A DNA stretch of 64,000 nucleotides from Candidatus Woesearchaeota archaeon (GCA_964621025.1 CAZUKQ010000002.1:35292-99291); one strand, 5' to 3'. Positions 27,319 to 37,464 are shown, numbered from the stretch's first letter. Numbers and translations: made by a program. The notes: generated by a model not told the origin, from the letters alone.

Positions 27319-28536
27319 TTAAGCTCTAGTAGGATCTGCAGCTGCGTAATCAGCCTTTGCAGTTCCGACTACCTTTTCGTAAAGTTCTCTTGAAGCCTTG
27401 GATCTTGCTAACCAAGTATTTAATTCATCAGGAGTCATAGGTTTAGCAGTTGTTCTTGCTCCTAATTCTCCCAAGATAGCTTCTGTGTGAATTGCTCCGA
27501 CTTTTACAATTTCTGCAACCGTTTTGTCCATTGCAACATCTGCTTGACCGAAAGATCTAACTTGGTAACCCGTTTTTAAGATTGTTTCAATATTTGTGAA
27601 TAGGACTGTTCTGTTGTCAATCTTTTCTTGCATATCAACAATACCATTGTTAATTCCTCTGATAATGTCTCTAAAGTTGGATAAAACTTGTTCTTGGTAT
27701 TTCAAGTCGTTTTGAGCGTTTTTTACAATTCCGAAGTAAAAGTCTTCTTGAGTCTTAGCTGTTTCAAGTGCGTCTCTAACTTCAATTCTTTCTTTGTCTT
27801 TAGCTGTTCTTGCTTCTCCAGTTAGTGTTGCTAGTTGTAATTCTAATTCTCCTAGTTTTATTTCTTCTTTCTTTCTTTCTGTTTGCCAAGCATCATATTG
27901 TTTTTCGTTTTCAAATAGTTTGGTCATAGTTGTATCTCTTGTTGATTGAACTTCATTTGCAGCCTTTTGGTTGTTTATACCTGCCTGGTACATTACATCT
28001 TTCATAGACTTGTAGTAATCTAAGAGTGTAATTACATTTTGATCTAAAGTTGATTTAAGAATTCTTTTTGTTCTTAGTTTTTCTGCTTCTTGCTGTAAAC
28101 CTACTCTTGCTGTTTCTAATTTTGCTTTGTTATAAAACTTGCCAATGATTGGAAGATTAGCTTTTTTTGTTAAATTGTCAGCTTTATCAATTAACAATTG
28201 TTCTTCAGGAAGGTAGGTAGTTATTCCACCAAGGTATTGTTCAATTTCACCAAAAGTAGATGTTAAGAAACCAACTGTTTCACCAACGAAGGAAGTAAAT
28301 TCTTTACCCGTTTCAAGTGCTGCTTCAAGTTGGCTTTGTCCAGTTTTTACATCTCTAACTCCTCCAGCTAAAACCTGTTCAGATCCTTGTCTGTATGTTT
28401 TAAGAAATTCTTCGTTAGATTGCTGTAACTTTTGTGCTTTACCAGCAATGTCTGTTTGTTTTTTCCCAGCTTCAGTAGTCATTTGTTCAAATAAGTTTGT
28501 TTTGATTAATGTTGTTGGTGCTGTTTCGTTTACCAT
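27319..28536 (-). CDS. hypothetical 405-aa coiled-coil protein (island gene 1, promoter-proximal)
   Basis: Almost entirely heptad-like, charged helical sequence (KLGELELQLATLTGEARTAKDKERIEVRDALETAK...). Could be TelA-like, ESCRT-III-like or another helical scaffold; I could not tell which. Confidence 0.45.
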   Translation of the reverse strand: MVNETAPTTLIKTNLFEQMTTEAGKKQTDIAGKAQKLQQSNEEFLKTYRQGSEQVLAGGVRDVKTGQSQLEAALETGKEFTSFVGETVGFLTSTFGEIEQYLGGITTYLPEEQLLIDKADNLTKKANLPIIGKFYNKAKLETARVGLQQEAEKLRTKRILKSTLDQNVITLLDYYKSMKDVMYQAGINNQKAANEVQSTRDTTMTKLFENEKQYDAWQTERKKEEIKLGELELQLATLTGEARTAKDKERIEVRDALETAKTQEDFYFGIVKNAQNDLKYQEQVLSNFRDIIRGINNGIVDMQEKIDNRTVLFTNIETILKTGYQVRSFGQADVAMDKTVAEIVKVGAIHTEAILGELGARTTAKPMTPDELNTWLARSKASRELYEKVVGTAKADYAAADPTRA

Positions 28537-28626
28537 GTTCGTATGATTATTTTATCAAAAGTTCATATTTAAATCTTTCGTTTTTGTTACTCTTTTATAA
28601 TTACCACACTAATCTTTTGAGAAAAA

Positions 28627-28697
28627 TGCAGTCGCCGAGAATCGAACTCGGGTCACAACCTTGGCAAGGTCGTATTCTACCACTAAACCACGACTGC
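28627..28697 (-). tRNA. tRNA-Gly (anticodon GCC)
   Basis: Reverse complement gives GCAGTCG...CGACTGC-A. Anticodon stem CGACC/GGTTG with loop TTGCCAA, T-arm CCGAG-TTCGATT-CTCGG. 71 nt. Confidence 0.85.
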
Positions 28698-28823
28698 GTG
28701 TAACAATACGACCTTTTGAGGATTTAAAAATATATTGAATTGGAGTAATCAGAAGTTTTTTAAATAGTTATAACTTAAATAAATTATTCCTAAGGAAAAA
28801 AGTTCTGGTGATTTAGCATAAAA

Positions 28824-29642
28824 ATGAAATACGATCAATTTGAAAAACACCGGGCAAAGTCCATGACAAAAATATCTCTTGATAAATGTAATCCTGAAGA
28901 TACTTCTATTTTTCCCGAAGGTAAACAAGCAGCTATGGAACTTCTTGTAGGGGTTAATCAGGAATTAGGTAATCTTCAAGATATGCTTTATGCAGAACAT
29001 AAAAATAAATTATTGATAGTTCTACAGGCAATGGATACTGGTGGAAAAGATGGAACAATTAAAACCGCTTTTAGCGGATTTGGTCCTCAAGGTGTGAGGG
29101 TTGTCAGTTACAAAGTTCCTACTGCTGAAGAAACGAGTCATGATTATTTATGGAGAGTTCACAAACAAGTTCCTGCTAGTGGAGAAATTGTAGTGTTTAA
29201 TAGAAGTCATTATGAAGATGTTTTGTCTGGTAGAGTTCATGGAAAAATCTCCGAAGAAGTTTGTGAAAGAAGATATCAACACATAAATTATTTTGAGAGA
29301 ATGTTATCTGATGAAGGAACCACTATCTTGAAATTTTTTCTTAATATAAGCAAAGATGAACAAAAAGAAAGATTAGAAGAAAGATTGACTAATCCTTCGA
29401 AAAATTGGAAATTTAGTACAGGCGATCTTTCTGAAAGAGAATTTTGGCAAGATTACATGAAAGTTTATAGCGACGTAATTAGTAAGACAAGTAGCTCTGT
29501 TGCTCCATGGTATATTATTCCTTCAAACAAAAATTGGTATCGGAATTTAGCTGTTGCTTCTATTACTGCAAATACTCTTAAAAAATTAAAAATGAGTTAC
29601 CCTTCTACAAGTATTGATTTGAAAGGGATTGTTGTAAACTGA
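28824..29642 (+). CDS. ppk2: polyphosphate kinase 2 family protein (polyphosphate:nucleotide phosphotransferase)
   Basis: Walker-A-like LQAMDTGGKDGTIK motif and PPK2-typical length of 272 aa. Confidence 0.75.
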   Translation: MKYDQFEKHRAKSMTKISLDKCNPEDTSIFPEGKQAAMELLVGVNQELGNLQDMLYAEHKNKLLIVLQAMDTGGKDGTIKTAFSGFGPQGVRVVSYKVPTAEETSHDYLWRVHKQVPASGEIVVFNRSHYEDVLSGRVHGKISEEVCERRYQHINYFERMLSDEGTTILKFFLNISKDEQKERLEERLTNPSKNWKFSTGDLSEREFWQDYMKVYSDVISKTSSSVAPWYIIPSNKNWYRNLAVASITANTLKKLKMSYPSTSIDLKGIVVN

Positions 29643-29682
29643 TTTAGAACAGATTTAAATATTAGTTTCTGTTTAATAGACT

Positions 29683-29883
29683 ATGAAAAATAAATTGAAT
29701 CAAATTTTGTTGACTACTCTTACTGGTCTAACTTTAGTTGGATGTCAAACAGACAAAAATGTTCGTGAGTTAAAAAGTTTACAAGAACTTGAAATGTATC
29801 AATGTCCTCTTCTTACAAATTTTGTTGAAAATATTAAAAATTACTCTGGAACAAATGACTCTCGTTATGTTGGTTTTAGATGA
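29683..29883 (+). CDS. small putative lipoprotein
   Basis: Signal peptide ending in a lipobox-like LTLVGC, then about 45 aa. Confidence 0.3.
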   Translation: MKNKLNQILLTTLTGLTLVGCQTDKNVRELKSLQELEMYQCPLLTNFVENIKNYSGTNDSRYVGFR

Positions 29884-29918
29884 AAAACGTTTAAATACTA
29901 AATTTACATATATAATTT

Positions 29919-30071
29919 ATGGAAAACAAACCAAATTTACAGGCAATCCTGAAGGAAGGATTTGAAGATGTAGGTATGGAAAATTGTAAAATCTATAGAA
30001 AAGGTGAGGAAATGGTTCTTTATAATTTTGCAAAAGACGAGGTTCTTCATCGTTACAAATTGACTGAATGA
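29919..30071 (+). CDS. small hypothetical ORF (50 aa, not in track)
   Basis: ATG at 29919 preceded by TTTACATATATAATTT. Translation MENKPNLQAILKEGFEDVGMENCKIYRKGEEMVLYNFAKDEVLHRYKLTE. Weak support. Confidence 0.2.
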   Translation: MENKPNLQAILKEGFEDVGMENCKIYRKGEEMVLYNFAKDEVLHRYKLTE

Positions 30072-30107
30072 AGACAGATTTAAATATTACAAATAATTAT
30101 AAAAAAT

Positions 30108-30716
30108 ATGTTAAAAAAGTGGTTATTGAGATTTATTTCTAGAGAGAAAATTTATACAATTTTAAAATGGTTTATTTGGGTTACTCTTGTTATTGCTTTT
30201 GTTGGAGCAATTAGGGATGGGAATTATTTTGTGTTGTTTTTATCGGCTCTTGCTTTTTTGTTAACTTTAGCCCCTCATTTTGTAAAAGATAGATTTAACC
30301 TTAAACTTCCACAAGAATTAGAATTAATAATTATCTTTTTTATCTATGCAACCCTTTTTCTTGGAGAGATTGAGAATTATTATTACGTTTATTGGTGGTG
30401 GGATATTTTAATGCACGCTTTCTCTGCTGTTGCTCTTGGTTTCATTGGCGTAGGTATTCTTTATGAGATGGATAAGAAAACTATTATCCAAGCAAGACCG
30501 TCTACTTTAGTGTTCTTCGGTTTCTGTTTTGCTGTTGCTTTCGGTGCTGTTTGGGAAATTCTAGAATTTAATGTTGATCAGACTTTCGGAACCAATATGC
30601 AGAAGTCAGGTTTAATGGATACAATGGGTGATTTGATGGTAGATGCCTTTGGAGCTTTTGTAGCTTCTTTTATTGGATATTTTTATATTAAGAGAGAAAA
30701 TAGGAAACACAAATAA
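30108..30716 (+). CDS. polytopic membrane protein, unknown function
   Basis: 202 aa with about five hydrophobic helices. Confidence 0.45.
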   Translation: MLKKWLLRFISREKIYTILKWFIWVTLVIAFVGAIRDGNYFVLFLSALAFLLTLAPHFVKDRFNLKLPQELELIIIFFIYATLFLGEIENYYYVYWWWDILMHAFSAVALGFIGVGILYEMDKKTIIQARPSTLVFFGFCFAVAFGAVWEILEFNVDQTFGTNMQKSGLMDTMGDLMVDAFGAFVASFIGYFYIKRENRKHK

Positions 30717-32312
30717 TTATTCGTAATCGCTCATTTCACTAATGTCGTGTTTTTTTGGTTTGATTTTTCCGGAAGCAATTATGTCATCAATTCTAAGAAT
30801 CATCATGGAAACTTCCGAAGCTGATGCGACTGCCTGAGTTTTTACTCTCAGAGGTTCGATTATTCCTTTTTGCATGGTGTCTTCGATTTTTCCGTTAAAT
30901 AAATTTAATCCGAAATTTTTATTTCCAGATTCGTGATGAACTTTTAATTCTGTTAAAATGTCCAAAGGATCTAGACCGGCATTTTCTGCGAGAGTTGTTG
31001 GAATAAATTCCATTGCAGACGCAAATTCCTGAACTGCAAGTTGTTCTCTTCCTTTTAATGTTCTTGCATATTCTCTCAATCTTTTTGCAAGTTCTACTTC
31101 AACTGCTCCACCACCAGCAACAACTTTTGAGTCTTTCATAACTGCGGAAACATCTCCAAGGGCGTCCATGATTGCTCTTTCAATTTCGTCGATGACATGT
31201 TCAGTTCCACCACGAATTAATATTGTTACCGCTTTTGGATTTTCGCAACCAGTGATGTAAGTCATGCCTTCTTCATTTTCCTTTCTTTCTTCTACTCTTT
31301 TTGCAAAACCTAAATCTTCTTTTGTCAATTCCTTAATATTTGTAACAATTTTTCCGCTTGTTGCCTTTGCTAATTTCAGCATGTCAGTTTTTGCAACTCT
31401 TCTTACTGCGTAAATTCCTTTTTTAGCTAAATAGAACTGTGCAGATTCATCAATTCCTCTTTGACAAATTACAACTTTTGCCCCTACTTCTTCTAACTTT
31501 CCAACCATTGATTTCAATAAATTTTCTTCTTGGTTTATGAAACTTTGAAATTGGTCTGGAGAAGAAATTGAAATTCTTGTTTCTCTTTCTAAACCTTTTA
31601 CTTCAAGAGCGCATTCTAGTAAAGCGATTTTTGCATTTTCAACAACTAGGGGCATTTCTAAAGAAACTCGTTCTTTGTCTAAAACAATTCCGTAGATTAG
31701 TTCTGTTTTTTCAATTGATTCGCCTTTTTGTTTTTCTATTTTTATGTCATCAAGATTAACTTTTCCGTCAACAGCTACGGCTTTTACTGCGTTGATTATA
31801 ATGCTATCAAATTTTTCTTTTACATATTCTGCGCCCTTTCCGGTCATTGCTGTTTGTGCGATTTTCGCTAGTTCTTCTTCAGTAGAAATTTCAATTGCAA
31901 GTTCATTCAAGATTTGTTTAGATTTTTCTGCTGCTAGTTTGTAACCTTTAGTAATAATCGTTGGGTGAATTTTTTGGTCTAATAATTTTTCTGCGTTTTC
32001 TAAAAGTTTTCCAGCTAACATTACGGCAGTTGTTGTTCCGTCGCCAACCTCACTTTCCTGAGTCTTTGCAATTTCAACAATCATTCTTGCAGCAGGGTGT
32101 TCAATTTCCATTTCAGATAAGATTGTTACTCCATCGTTTGTTACAGTAATGTTTCCTGCAGAATCAACTAACATTTTGTCCATTCCCATTGGACCTAAAG
32201 TTGTTTTTACAGTTTCAGCTAAAACTCTCGCAGCTAGAATATTATTTCTTTGGGCATCTTTTCCCATGAATCTTTCTGTGTTATCGGAAGTGATTGGGTT
32301 GTTAGTTGTCAT
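30717..32312 (-). CDS. ths: thermosome subunit (group II chaperonin)
   Basis: N-terminal [39 protein letters not shown] and C-terminal VAGGGAVE are canonical thermosome/CCT motifs. 531 aa. Confidence 0.9.
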   Translation of the reverse strand: MTTNNPITSDNTERFMGKDAQRNNILAARVLAETVKTTLGPMGMDKMLVDSAGNITVTNDGVTILSEMEIEHPAARMIVEIAKTQESEVGDGTTTAVMLAGKLLENAEKLLDQKIHPTIITKGYKLAAEKSKQILNELAIEISTEEELAKIAQTAMTGKGAEYVKEKFDSIIINAVKAVAVDGKVNLDDIKIEKQKGESIEKTELIYGIVLDKERVSLEMPLVVENAKIALLECALEVKGLERETRISISSPDQFQSFINQEENLLKSMVGKLEEVGAKVVICQRGIDESAQFYLAKKGIYAVRRVAKTDMLKLAKATSGKIVTNIKELTKEDLGFAKRVEERKENEEGMTYITGCENPKAVTILIRGGTEHVIDEIERAIMDALGDVSAVMKDSKVVAGGGAVEVELAKRLREYARTLKGREQLAVQEFASAMEFIPTTLAENAGLDPLDILTELKVHHESGNKNFGLNLFNGKIEDTMQKGIIEPLRVKTQAVASASEVSMMILRIDDIIASGKIKPKKHDISEMSDYE

Positions 32313-32593
32313 CCGTTTCTAGCAGACCAGACGTAGCTTTCTGTCTTTTCAAGTTTAGTTTTTAGGGAGTTATTTTGAGCATACTTTTCAGCAATTTTTC
32401 TCATTCTCCCGTAAAGTCTGTCTGTTTCTTTTTTTTCTTCTGGAATCTGATGCTTATTAACGCAAGAACTAAGATAAGTTTTACGAAGACTATCAAAGTC
32501 TCTATAAAAACTACAAACGTCTTCTACTGCTTCAGCAATAGTTTCTTCTAATCTTCTTGGAGAAGCTTTTTTTGGTTGAACTAGTTTTTTCAT
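32309..32593 (-). CDS. hypothetical protein
   Basis: 94-aa ORF whose stop overlaps the thermosome start (ATGA), suggesting translational coupling. No recognisable motif. Confidence 0.4.
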   Translation of the reverse strand: MKKLVQPKKASPRRLEETIAEAVEDVCSFYRDFDSLRKTYLSSCVNKHQIPEEKKETDRLYGRMRKIAEKYAQNNSLKTKLEKTESYVWSARNG

Positions 32594-32624
32594 GTTTCTA
32601 TTAGTCGTCGTCTATTTTTAAGTA

Positions 32625-32915
32625 TTATTGCCCTAGAACATCTATCTTCACAGCACTTGTTATGGGAGTACCCCCTCTTGCAATTTTTTCTAATTGTCTA
32701 ATTGAATTCCTTAATGTGTGTTTATCTTCTGCTTCAATTGTAAAAAAATTGTAATTTGCGCTTCTTCCTTTTTCAGAGTAGTATGCTTCCGTTCCTTTGA
32801 CTGTTACTGAGCTATTTCCTATTTGAATATCTGATAAGATTTCTCCATCAAACATTCCTCTTTCTATTGTTAAAAGAGTACATACGGGTACTGCGTATAT
32901 TTGTGTGTAATTCAT
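32625..32915 (-). CDS. hypothetical protein
   Basis: 96-aa ORF in a minus-strand string with the thermosome gene. No recognisable motif. Confidence 0.35.
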   Translation of the reverse strand: MNYTQIYAVPVCTLLTIERGMFDGEILSDIQIGNSSVTVKGTEAYYSEKGRSANYNFFTIEAEDKHTLRNSIRQLEKIARGGTPITSAVKIDVLGQ

Positions 32916-32925
32916 GTTCTTTATT

Positions 32926-33330
32926 TTATTTAAATTCTAAGGTATTTAATGCAAGGAAGATTGTCTGTTCGGTAGAAGGATAATTGGTTAAAATTTCTAA
33001 GGAATCTCCCAAACCATGAGTAAATGCATGAATATACTTTCTTTTTTCTTGAGGTATATTTTCGGGTAAAACATCTAAGGATCCTTCAACTTCCAGATGG
33101 CCCCTATACATTCCTTTTTCAGCTTTAATAATATATACAAGGCCACGGAGTGCTGTTTCTCTTCCAGGACTAATTGGTAAGCTAAATGAAGCCATATAAT
33201 TTTTTCCTTGATGCAGTCCATCCCTATATCCTTCAAAATGGCCCTTATCTGTTTCAAATTTGTTAGTAGTCAATTCAGCTATTGTTCCAAAAATGTAACT
33301 TTCAATTATTGTATTTTCTTTTTCTTTCAT
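32926..33330 (-). CDS. hypothetical protein
   Basis: 134-aa ORF, first in the minus-strand string ending at the thermosome gene. No recognisable motif. Confidence 0.35.
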   Translation of the reverse strand: MKEKENTIIESYIFGTIAELTTNKFETDKGHFEGYRDGLHQGKNYMASFSLPISPGRETALRGLVYIIKAEKGMYRGHLEVEGSLDVLPENIPQEKRKYIHAFTHGLGDSLEILTNYPSTEQTIFLALNTLEFK

Positions 33331-33428
33331 AGAATAATCTTTCTCTTTTTCTTTTTAAGTATTATTGTGATTGAAGTGATTTTAAAAAAGGTTAAAAACG
33401 TGCTTTTTTTAAGAGATATAGAGGAAAA

Positions 33429-34631
33429 ATGAATTTTCAAACAATAACTTTTGGTATATTTCTGTTTACCTTTCTGTTTGTGCTTACTTCTAGCTATATA
33501 GACCACAAGAAAAAACATCATTCTACAAAAACACCCTTCATTTCAGTTCTTATTCCCACACACAATGATGGAGATACTCTAGAGGAATCAATAAAAGGAA
33601 TCTACGATTCTTATGATTCAAAAAACTTGGAGATTATTGTTGTAAATGATTGTAGCACAGATAATACTGCTGAGATCTTAAAAAAACTTTCAAAGAAGTA
33701 TAAACTAAAGACTGTTACAAACAAAACAAACTTGGGAAAAGTTGATTCGTTGAATAAAATTAGTTCAATGGCAAAAGGTAATTTAATTTTGTTTTTAGAT
33801 TCTGATTTAATACTCAATAAAAAAGCATTAAGAGTTATGATTACTGACCTAGAACATGAAAAAGTTGCTGCTTCTACTTGCACTTACAAACCAAGAAATA
33901 AAGGATTTTGGGCACGAATGCAGGAATTAGAGTACGGTATGGATGGGCTAATAAAAACCTCCCATAATCATAGTTCAAGTTTGGGTCTTTGGGGAGGATG
34001 TTTCTTGATTAGAAAAAAAGCATTCGAAGAAGTTGGAAAATTCTCTAAACATATGTTAATAGAAGATGTAGATTTAGCTTTGAAACTTGTCGAAGCTGGT
34101 TGGAAAGTCAAGGAAGGTCATTGTTATGTTGAAACATACGTTCCTTCTACCTTCAAAAGTTTTGTTAAACAAAAAATGAGATGGAATGCTGGGTTTGGTC
34201 AATGTTTTGTTAAATACTCTAAGACTATGTTGTCCCACCCCCTTATGTTGTTTTTTGTTCTTACCTATGTTATGCTAACTGTTTCTTTTGTTTTCGTTGC
34301 AATTAAATATGCTACTTCTTTGAACTATCTCTTTGACTGGTTTGAATATTTTCACAGAGAAGGCTATTCCTTGTATACTTCTTTTGGTATGGCTCAGGTG
34401 AACACGGGTTTTAATATAATTCAAAGTTTGGCTTTGTATTTTTTCTATCCTCTGTTCTCTCTTCCCTATGTTTTCGTGACTATGAAAAGTAAGAAGGAAT
34501 GGTATAAGGTTTTTCTAATATTTCCTTTTTCAATAGTTTACGTTCCAATTTATGGTGTTCTTGGTGTTGTTGGAATTGCTAAGGGAATTTGGTTAGGTTT
34601 CACGCTTAAGGAAAATCAACGTGGTTGGTAA
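33429..34631 (+). CDS. family-2 glycosyltransferase with C-terminal multi-TM region (processive/synthase-like)
   Basis: ISVLIPTHNDGDTLEESI...IIVVNDCSTDNT (GT-A DxD region), FLDSDL, and a QxxRW-like KQKMRWNAG, followed by several TM helices. Confidence 0.8.
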   Translation: MNFQTITFGIFLFTFLFVLTSSYIDHKKKHHSTKTPFISVLIPTHNDGDTLEESIKGIYDSYDSKNLEIIVVNDCSTDNTAEILKKLSKKYKLKTVTNKTNLGKVDSLNKISSMAKGNLILFLDSDLILNKKALRVMITDLEHEKVAASTCTYKPRNKGFWARMQELEYGMDGLIKTSHNHSSSLGLWGGCFLIRKKAFEEVGKFSKHMLIEDVDLALKLVEAGWKVKEGHCYVETYVPSTFKSFVKQKMRWNAGFGQCFVKYSKTMLSHPLMLFFVLTYVMLTVSFVFVAIKYATSLNYLFDWFEYFHREGYSLYTSFGMAQVNTGFNIIQSLALYFFYPLFSLPYVFVTMKSKKEWYKVFLIFPFSIVYVPIYGVLGVVGIAKGIWLGFTLKENQRGW

Positions 34632-34671
34632 AAACATTTAAATATGAGATTATTGAATTAATTATAAGAAG

Positions 34672-35175
34672 ATGGCAACAACTGATTCAGAGGTTTTCAA
34701 AGAGAAATTAAAACATAAGGGATTTTTTAGTTATTCTGACTTGTATAATTTTTGTTATAACTGGTTAAAGGATGAAGGTTTTAGTGTTTCTGAAGATGAG
34801 TACACTGAAAAGATTGCAGGAAATGGTAAGGAGATTATCATTAAGTGGAAGGCTACCAAGAAAGTTTCGGATTATATTAAAAATGAGATAAAAGCAGAGT
34901 GGCATATTTTAGGTTTGACAGATGCAGAAGTGATGGTTGGTGAAAAGAAGGAAAAAACAAACAAAGGAGAAGTTAAGATAACTGTTACTGCAAATTTGAA
35001 AAAAGACTATGAAAGCAAATGGGATACTTCAGTTACCATGAGATTTCTTAGGGATATCTATGATAGGTATATTATTAGAGAGTCTGTAAAGAAATATGAA
35101 GATAGACTAGAGGATAAAGCTCAAGATTTTGTTGAAGATACTAAATCTTTCTTGAATTTGGAAGGTAAGCGATAA
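34672..35175 (+). CDS. hypothetical protein
   Basis: 167-aa soluble ORF. No recognisable motif. Confidence 0.35.
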   Translation: MATTDSEVFKEKLKHKGFFSYSDLYNFCYNWLKDEGFSVSEDEYTEKIAGNGKEIIIKWKATKKVSDYIKNEIKAEWHILGLTDAEVMVGEKKEKTNKGEVKITVTANLKKDYESKWDTSVTMRFLRDIYDRYIIRESVKKYEDRLEDKAQDFVEDTKSFLNLEGKR

Positions 35176-35216
35176 ACCATACAAATATTTATAAAAGATT
35201 TCGTACTAAATTAAAT

Positions 35217-36572
35217 ATGGAAAAAAAGATTTTACTGGTTTTTGCAATTTTATTAATCAATTTTGTGTCGGCGATTTCAATAAATGATAGTGTTACTAAA
35301 GATGCAATTATCCCTGAGCTTAACCATCCTGCTGAGGTAGATTTAATTGTTTCAAATTTAAACAGTGGAGACTACAATGTGTACACTTTAACTGATGTTA
35401 AGATGATTCCTACAGACTCCTTTAAATTAGACTCTCCTAATGATAATGTTAAGTTGTTGATCTATCCAACTTCTGAGTTAAATGTTACTGGTTACTATTC
35501 ATTTACATATTATTTGAGAGAAGACAGAACAAATACCAATAATGAGGACAAAATGCTTGTTAACATTATGCCTTTAAAGTCTGCTCTAGAGATTACTTCC
35601 GAAGCTAACGACATGAATAAAGATACTGTTAGATTTTTTGTTAGAAACAGAGCTAATGCTGATTTAAAGAATTTAAATGTTAATTTCAGTTCCGCTTTAT
35701 TCAAATTAGAAAATCAGAAATTTGATTTAGATGCTTATTCAACAAAAATCTTCGACGTTGCTGTTCCAAATTTAAAAACTGTTCAAGCAGGTTCTTATTT
35801 GGTTAATGGTAATGTAGAAGTTATAAGTGGAAGCGGAAACATTGAAGGAAAAGTTTACATTGGTGAAAAGAAAGGAATTGACACAACAGACGAGAAAAAA
35901 GGTTTAATCATAAGAACTCAGACTATAACAAAAACAAATGTTGGAAATGTTCCAGAAGAAGTTAATGTTGTTATTGAAAGAGATGCTTTTAGTAGACTGT
36001 TTACTACATTCAATGTTGAACCAAATGTCGTCGATAGAGATGGTTGGAAGGTTAGTTATATATGGAGCGAAAAATTAGGTCCTGCTGAAAAATTTGAGTT
36101 AGTTGCAAAGACTAATTTCGTTTTTCCGGTTTTAGTTTTAATAGTAGCTTTATTTTTAGTTTTCGGATTCCAGAAATTTTATACTCAAAAGGTGGAAGTT
36201 GTTAAGTCTGTTTCGCCAGTTAGGACAAAAGGTGGTCAATTTGCATTAAGAGTTAGAGTTACCGTCAAAGCAAAAGACAATGTTCAAAATGTTTCGTTGG
36301 TTGATAAAATCCCTGCAGTTGTGAAGGTACATGAGAACTTTGGTGTTGCTGAACCTAATAAAGTTGATTTGAAGAATAGAAGAATTGAATGGAATTTTGG
36401 TAATATGAACTCTGGAGAGACTAGAACTGTTAGTTATATTGTTTATTCAACTGTCGGAGTTGTTGGGAGATTTGCTTTACCTAGCTCAGTTGTAGTATTT
36501 GAACAAAACAATGAGATTCATGAAGTTGAATCAAATCAAGTTTATTTCTTATCTGAGCAAACATTGGAGTAA
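35217..36572 (+). CDS. cell-surface protein with signal peptide and C-proximal TM anchor
   Basis: Signal peptide (LLVFAILLINFVSA), Thr/Asn/Val-rich beta-type sequence, and a TM segment (VFPVLVLIVALFLVFGF) about two-thirds along. Confidence 0.45.
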   Translation: MEKKILLVFAILLINFVSAISINDSVTKDAIIPELNHPAEVDLIVSNLNSGDYNVYTLTDVKMIPTDSFKLDSPNDNVKLLIYPTSELNVTGYYSFTYYLREDRTNTNNEDKMLVNIMPLKSALEITSEANDMNKDTVRFFVRNRANADLKNLNVNFSSALFKLENQKFDLDAYSTKIFDVAVPNLKTVQAGSYLVNGNVEVISGSGNIEGKVYIGEKKGIDTTDEKKGLIIRTQTITKTNVGNVPEEVNVVIERDAFSRLFTTFNVEPNVVDRDGWKVSYIWSEKLGPAEKFELVAKTNFVFPVLVLIVALFLVFGFQKFYTQKVEVVKSVSPVRTKGGQFALRVRVTVKAKDNVQNVSLVDKIPAVVKVHENFGVAEPNKVDLKNRRIEWNFGNMNSGETRTVSYIVYSTVGVVGRFALPSSVVVFEQNNEIHEVESNQVYFLSEQTLE

Positions 36573-36732
36573 TTGTAACCATCGGTTGAGGGTGTTTTTT
36601 TGTCGCTATGTTTATATATTTGTTTGACTTTACATTTACATAGGGGTGAGTGGAGTTTCCGATGGCAAAGTTGGAAGAAATTTGCTCCTGTTTGGGATTG
36701 TTTTACATAGATTTTTTGCTGGAGGTTTCAAC

Positions 36733-37464
36733 ATGAAAGAGATTGAAGATGCACTTGCTACAATTGGTTTTAGTAAAAATGAAATAAAAACCTATGTAGC
36801 TTTAGTCAAATTTGGAAGGTCTTCTGCTCTAGAATGTTCAAAAAATACTGGAATTCATAGATCTAATAGTTATGATGCCCTCAAAAGTTTATTGGAAAAG
36901 GGTTTTGTTAGCCAGGTTATTGAGGGCAGTCGAATGGTTTTTGTTGCTCGTGAGCCAGAAGTTTTGAAAGATTTTATGAAACAGCAAGAAAGGGAGTTAG
37001 AGATAGCAGTTCAAGAATTAAATGATTTATCTTCGCATTTAGATGAAGAGGAAGGAGTTCAAATTTCAACGGGCTTGTTTAGTGTTAAAGAAATTTTCAA
37101 TACGTGTATTTTTTGTGAATCTCCAGTAGAGGTTTATGGGATTACAAAGAAAGTGATAGATAGATTGGGAGAGGGGTATTTTAAAGAATTACAGAAAAAT
37201 TCCATTAAGAACAAAATTCGGTTTAAAGTTATTGGAAATTTTTATGATGAAAAATTATTTGAGGCTGCAAAAAAATTAGATTTTATTGAGACAAGACATC
37301 TACCTGAAAAGTTCGATGGAGAAGTTGTGACAAGTCTTTGTGGAGGAAAGGTTACACTTTTTGTTTTTTCACAACTGCCTTTGGTAATTGAAATAAAAAA
37401 TAAGACTGTTTATGATTCGTACAAAAAATATTTTGAAATCTTGTGGAAGAAAGCAAGAGATTAG
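36733..37464 (+). CDS. trmB: TrmB-family transcriptional regulator
   Basis: N-terminal LATIGFSKNEIKTYVALVKFGRSSALECSKNTGIHRSNSYDALKSLLEKGFV matches the TrmB winged-HTH. The track begins at GTG 36646; ATG 36733 fits the family N-terminus better. Confidence 0.65.
   Translation: MKEIEDALATIGFSKNEIKTYVALVKFGRSSALECSKNTGIHRSNSYDALKSLLEKGFVSQVIEGSRMVFVAREPEVLKDFMKQQERELEIAVQELNDLSSHLDEEEGVQISTGLFSVKEIFNTCIFCESPVEVYGITKKVIDRLGEGYFKELQKNSIKNKIRFKVIGNFYDEKLFEAAKKLDFIETRHLPEKFDGEVVTSLCGGKVTLFVFSQLPLVIEIKNKTVYDSYKKYFEILWKKARD

Noticed and set aside
28509-28703. Track ORF 28509..28703 (+)
   Set aside because: It overlaps the tRNA-Gly gene on the opposite strand. Spurious.
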